In this document: positions 32,963 to 35,409 of the stretch, one piece after another | Position numbering within the stretch: position 1 is the first letter of the stretch | How the letters are laid out: the number at the start of each line of letters is the position of its first letter | Assembly: GCF_001194135.2 (NCBI RefSeq) | Contig: NC_069003.1 | Span: forward strand, 17,334,477 to 17,369,885 | Length of the DNA: 35,409 bases | From: Octopus bimaculoides | Lineage: Eukaryota | Direction of reading: 5' to 3' | Position numbers and translations under genes: made by a program | The notes under the pieces: generated by a model | Database searches by the model: none | The model's input: only the letters and a program-made list of their open reading frames with translations | What the model was told of the DNA's origin: nothing

Positions 32963-34210
32963 NNNNNNNNNNNNNNNNNNNNNNNNNNNNNNNNNNNNNN
33001 NNNNNNNNNNNNNNNNNNNNNNNNNNNNNNNNNNNNNNNNNNNNNNNNNNNNNNNNNNNNNNNNNNNNNNNNNNNNNNNNNNNNNNNNNNNNNNNNNNNN
33101 NNNNNNNNNNNNNNNNNNNNNNNNNNNNNNNNNNNNNNNNNNNNNNNNNNNNNNNNNNNNNNNNNNNNNNNNNNNNNNNNNNNNNNNNNNNNNNNNNNNN
33201 NNNNNNNNNNNNNNNNNNNNNNNNNNNNNNNNNNNNNNNNNNNNNNNNNNNNNNNNNNNNNNNNNNNNNNNNNNNNNNNNNNNNNNNNNNNNNNNNNNNN
33301 NNNNNNNNNNNNNNNNNNNNNNNNNNNNNNNNNNNNNNNNNNNNNNNNNNNNNNNNNNNNNNNNNNNNNNNNNNNNNNNNNNNNNNNNNNNNNNNNNNNN
33401 NNNNNNNNNNNNNNNNNNNNNNNNNNNNNNNNNNNNNNNNNNNNNNNNNNNNNNNNNNNNNNNNNNNNNNNNNNNNNNNNNNNNNNNNNNNNNNNNNNNN
33501 NNNNNNNNNNNNNNNNNNNNNNNNNNNNNNNNNNNNNNNNNNNNNNNNNNNNNNNNNNNNNNNNNNNNNNNNNNNNNNNNNNNNNNNNNNNNNNNNNNNN
33601 NNNNNNNNNNNNNNNNNNNNNNNNNNNNNNNNNNNNNNNNNNNNNNNNNNNNNNNNNNNNNNNNNNNNNNNNNNNNNNNNNNNNNNNNNNNNNNNNNNNN
33701 NNNNNNNNNNNNNNNNNNNNNNNNNNNNNNNNNNNNNNNNNNNNNNNNNNNNNNNNNNNNNNNNNNNNNNNNNNNNNNNNNNNNNNNNNNNNNNNNNNNN
33801 NNNNNNNNNNACTTACAATTCCCGCCAATTAGAATGAGGTATGTATGTATGTATATATGTATGTAGTATTAAAATGAAACCATTAAAGTGAAATTGTCAT
33901 TACAGTATCGAAATGTGATTGTTTCAGTTTTGATACTGAAATAGTTTTCTTTTACTGTCAGTGTTTCTCCTTCCTTTCTTTTTGTATTTGTTGTTGGATT
34001 GTTCGTAAAGGTTCATAAGAGAAAGTAGGAGTTGAAAGGATTTGGATTCGTTATTAGGAAATTTTTGGAGTGAAAAATGACGCAGTGACCTAACAAATTG
34101 TATTTAGAATATTAATTGCGATTGTTTAATCCAAGAAATTTGGAATTGTGTAAATGTATGAATGTTAAACATACACACACACAGAGAACATCTGCCTTTT
34201 ATAGTATAGA

Positions 34211-34358
34211 TACACATACATACACGACGGGCTCCTCTTTGTTTCTGTCTACTAAATCCATTAACAAGGCTTTGGTTGGCCAGAGGCTATAGTAGAAGAG
34301 ACATGCCCAAGGTGCCACGCAGTGGGACTGAACCCGGAACCATGTAGTTGGGAAGCAC
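34211..34358 (-). mobile_element. SINE family B, 5' half of the split copy
   Basis: Resumes at the microsatellite (tacacatacatacacgacgggc...) and continues to the tRNA head. Confidence 0.88.
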
Positions 34359-35328
34359 AATGAGAAATTACTTGATGTAGAAATTGCGACTGTTAGAACA
34401 ACAGTCACTATATGTGGACAGTCGAAAGTGGGATGGGAGTGTAATAACATCAAAGAGAAAAATAATATTCACAAATTTTATTCGCCAGCACTGGTTAGTA
34501 ATACAAACTTAGTAGTAATTGTAGTAAATGACAATGGCAACAATTTGTGCTGCTCACACACTTTCAGTGTGTTGGAAGCCAAGTTAACGGTCTGTTGTCA
34601 GAGAGTAAGAAAGAATAAGAATTGCGTTGTCCCTTTCCATTTGGCCAAAACATGCTCTCAGTTAGCAGGCAGTAACCAGAGAGAGAGGAAAATGCAAACT
34701 TTTAATTCAGTTATATAAGGTTTGTCCAAGAAGTAGATCAAACCTAAAACAAAGGATTGACCTTTCCACAACCACTGAAGGTCTCGCAGAACACATTCTC
34801 ATTAATCTCTAAGCATAGAGATAAGACAGAAAATATCAGACAGTCGTCTGACAAGCAACAGGTACATGGATTCAGTTACAAACATGTTCTAATTGATGTG
34901 CAATGCTGCATAAATTAGCTGAAGTAGAAAATGGATTTTTAAGAGGAACTGATTGTGGTGTGGAAGATTTGGGTTAATGTTTACTTTAACATCCGGTCAC
35001 CAAAACAAAAAAAAAATGTGTATTAAACGAATATGAAGACAAATATTTGCGCCAATGAACCAGGCAATGGGGAGAGGACTTTCAGAAAATTCACATCTAA
35101 TTTTTTCTCTCATAACTTTTAAGAAAATGGATATCTTTCGGTGAAATTTCAAACGGCATAGATTATAATTATAAAGAAATTTGTGGGGAAATTTTTTTAC
35201 TGAAGGGATGGAAAAAAAACTCAATATGTTAGCGTTCCGAAACTTTTTTTTCAATCTTGCAAAAACACGAAGATTAAGAATAAACAGAAAAAGTACACAA
35301 ATATATTTTACATACCTGTCGTATACGT

Positions 35329-35409
35329 CGGTTTTGTTTTTTTTCACTTTAAAGGTGGATTAATCCCAACAAAATAACAATCACCTTTAAAGTGAAAAAA
35401 ACAAAACCG
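35329..35409. repeat. Near-perfect hairpin with 28-29-bp arms, cut by the window edge
   Basis: cggttttg(T8)cactttaaaggtg ... cacctttaaagtg(A7)caaaaccg. Confidence 0.9.

Larger units (their letters stand above)
32012..34210 (-). mobile_element. Non-autonomous Helitron, copy 2, both termini present (2.2 kb including N gap)
   Basis: The minus strand starts A|TCTATACTATAAAAGG and ends with a GC-rich hairpin (32024-32039) 8 nt before CTAG|T. It sits in an AT site with no TSD, the canonical Helitron layout. Confidence 0.9.

Noticed and set aside
16890-33866. Long ORFs of 115-443 aa in the six-frame track spanning N runs (17015, 20504, 25734, 32805 etc.)
   Set aside because: They are artefacts of assembly gaps, where X residues prevent stops.

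Overview
Eukaryotic, AT-rich, repeat-dense draft-assembly sequence with several N gaps. The SINE/RTE repertoire looks octopod-like; this is an inference from pattern recall, not a database result. The one host gene I can support is a minus-strand, intron-rich cohesin acetyltransferase of the ESCO/Eco1 family. Seven coding exons splice with consistent phases: 31546-31565, 12997-14015, 6216-6279, 5607-5679, 5047-5178, 2961-3056 and 1538-1615 (494 codons). They include the QLTL-DAGQK motif, the C2H2 zinc finger and the start of the acetyltransferase region. The rest of the catalytic domain must lie left of base 1. Most remaining sequence is intronic and filled with decayed mobile DNA: at least three tRNA-derived SINE families, two RTE LINE families, a Penelope-like RT relic, Tc1, DD37D mariner, piggyBac relics, MITEs and two copies of a non-autonomous Helitron. 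The most interesting oddities are (i) a frame-preserving 57-nt candidate cassette exon enclosed by a long intronic inverted repeat with a 77/78-identical core, (ii) a small TIR element containing telomere-like TTAGGG repeats, found in both Helitron copies, (iii) a SINE fragment carried inside the Helitron, (iv) a degenerate Penelope-type hammerhead motif, and (v) a near-perfect hairpin beside a possible 5'UTR splice donor at the window end. I see no convincing evidence of a wholly new biological system. These findings are hypotheses to test.
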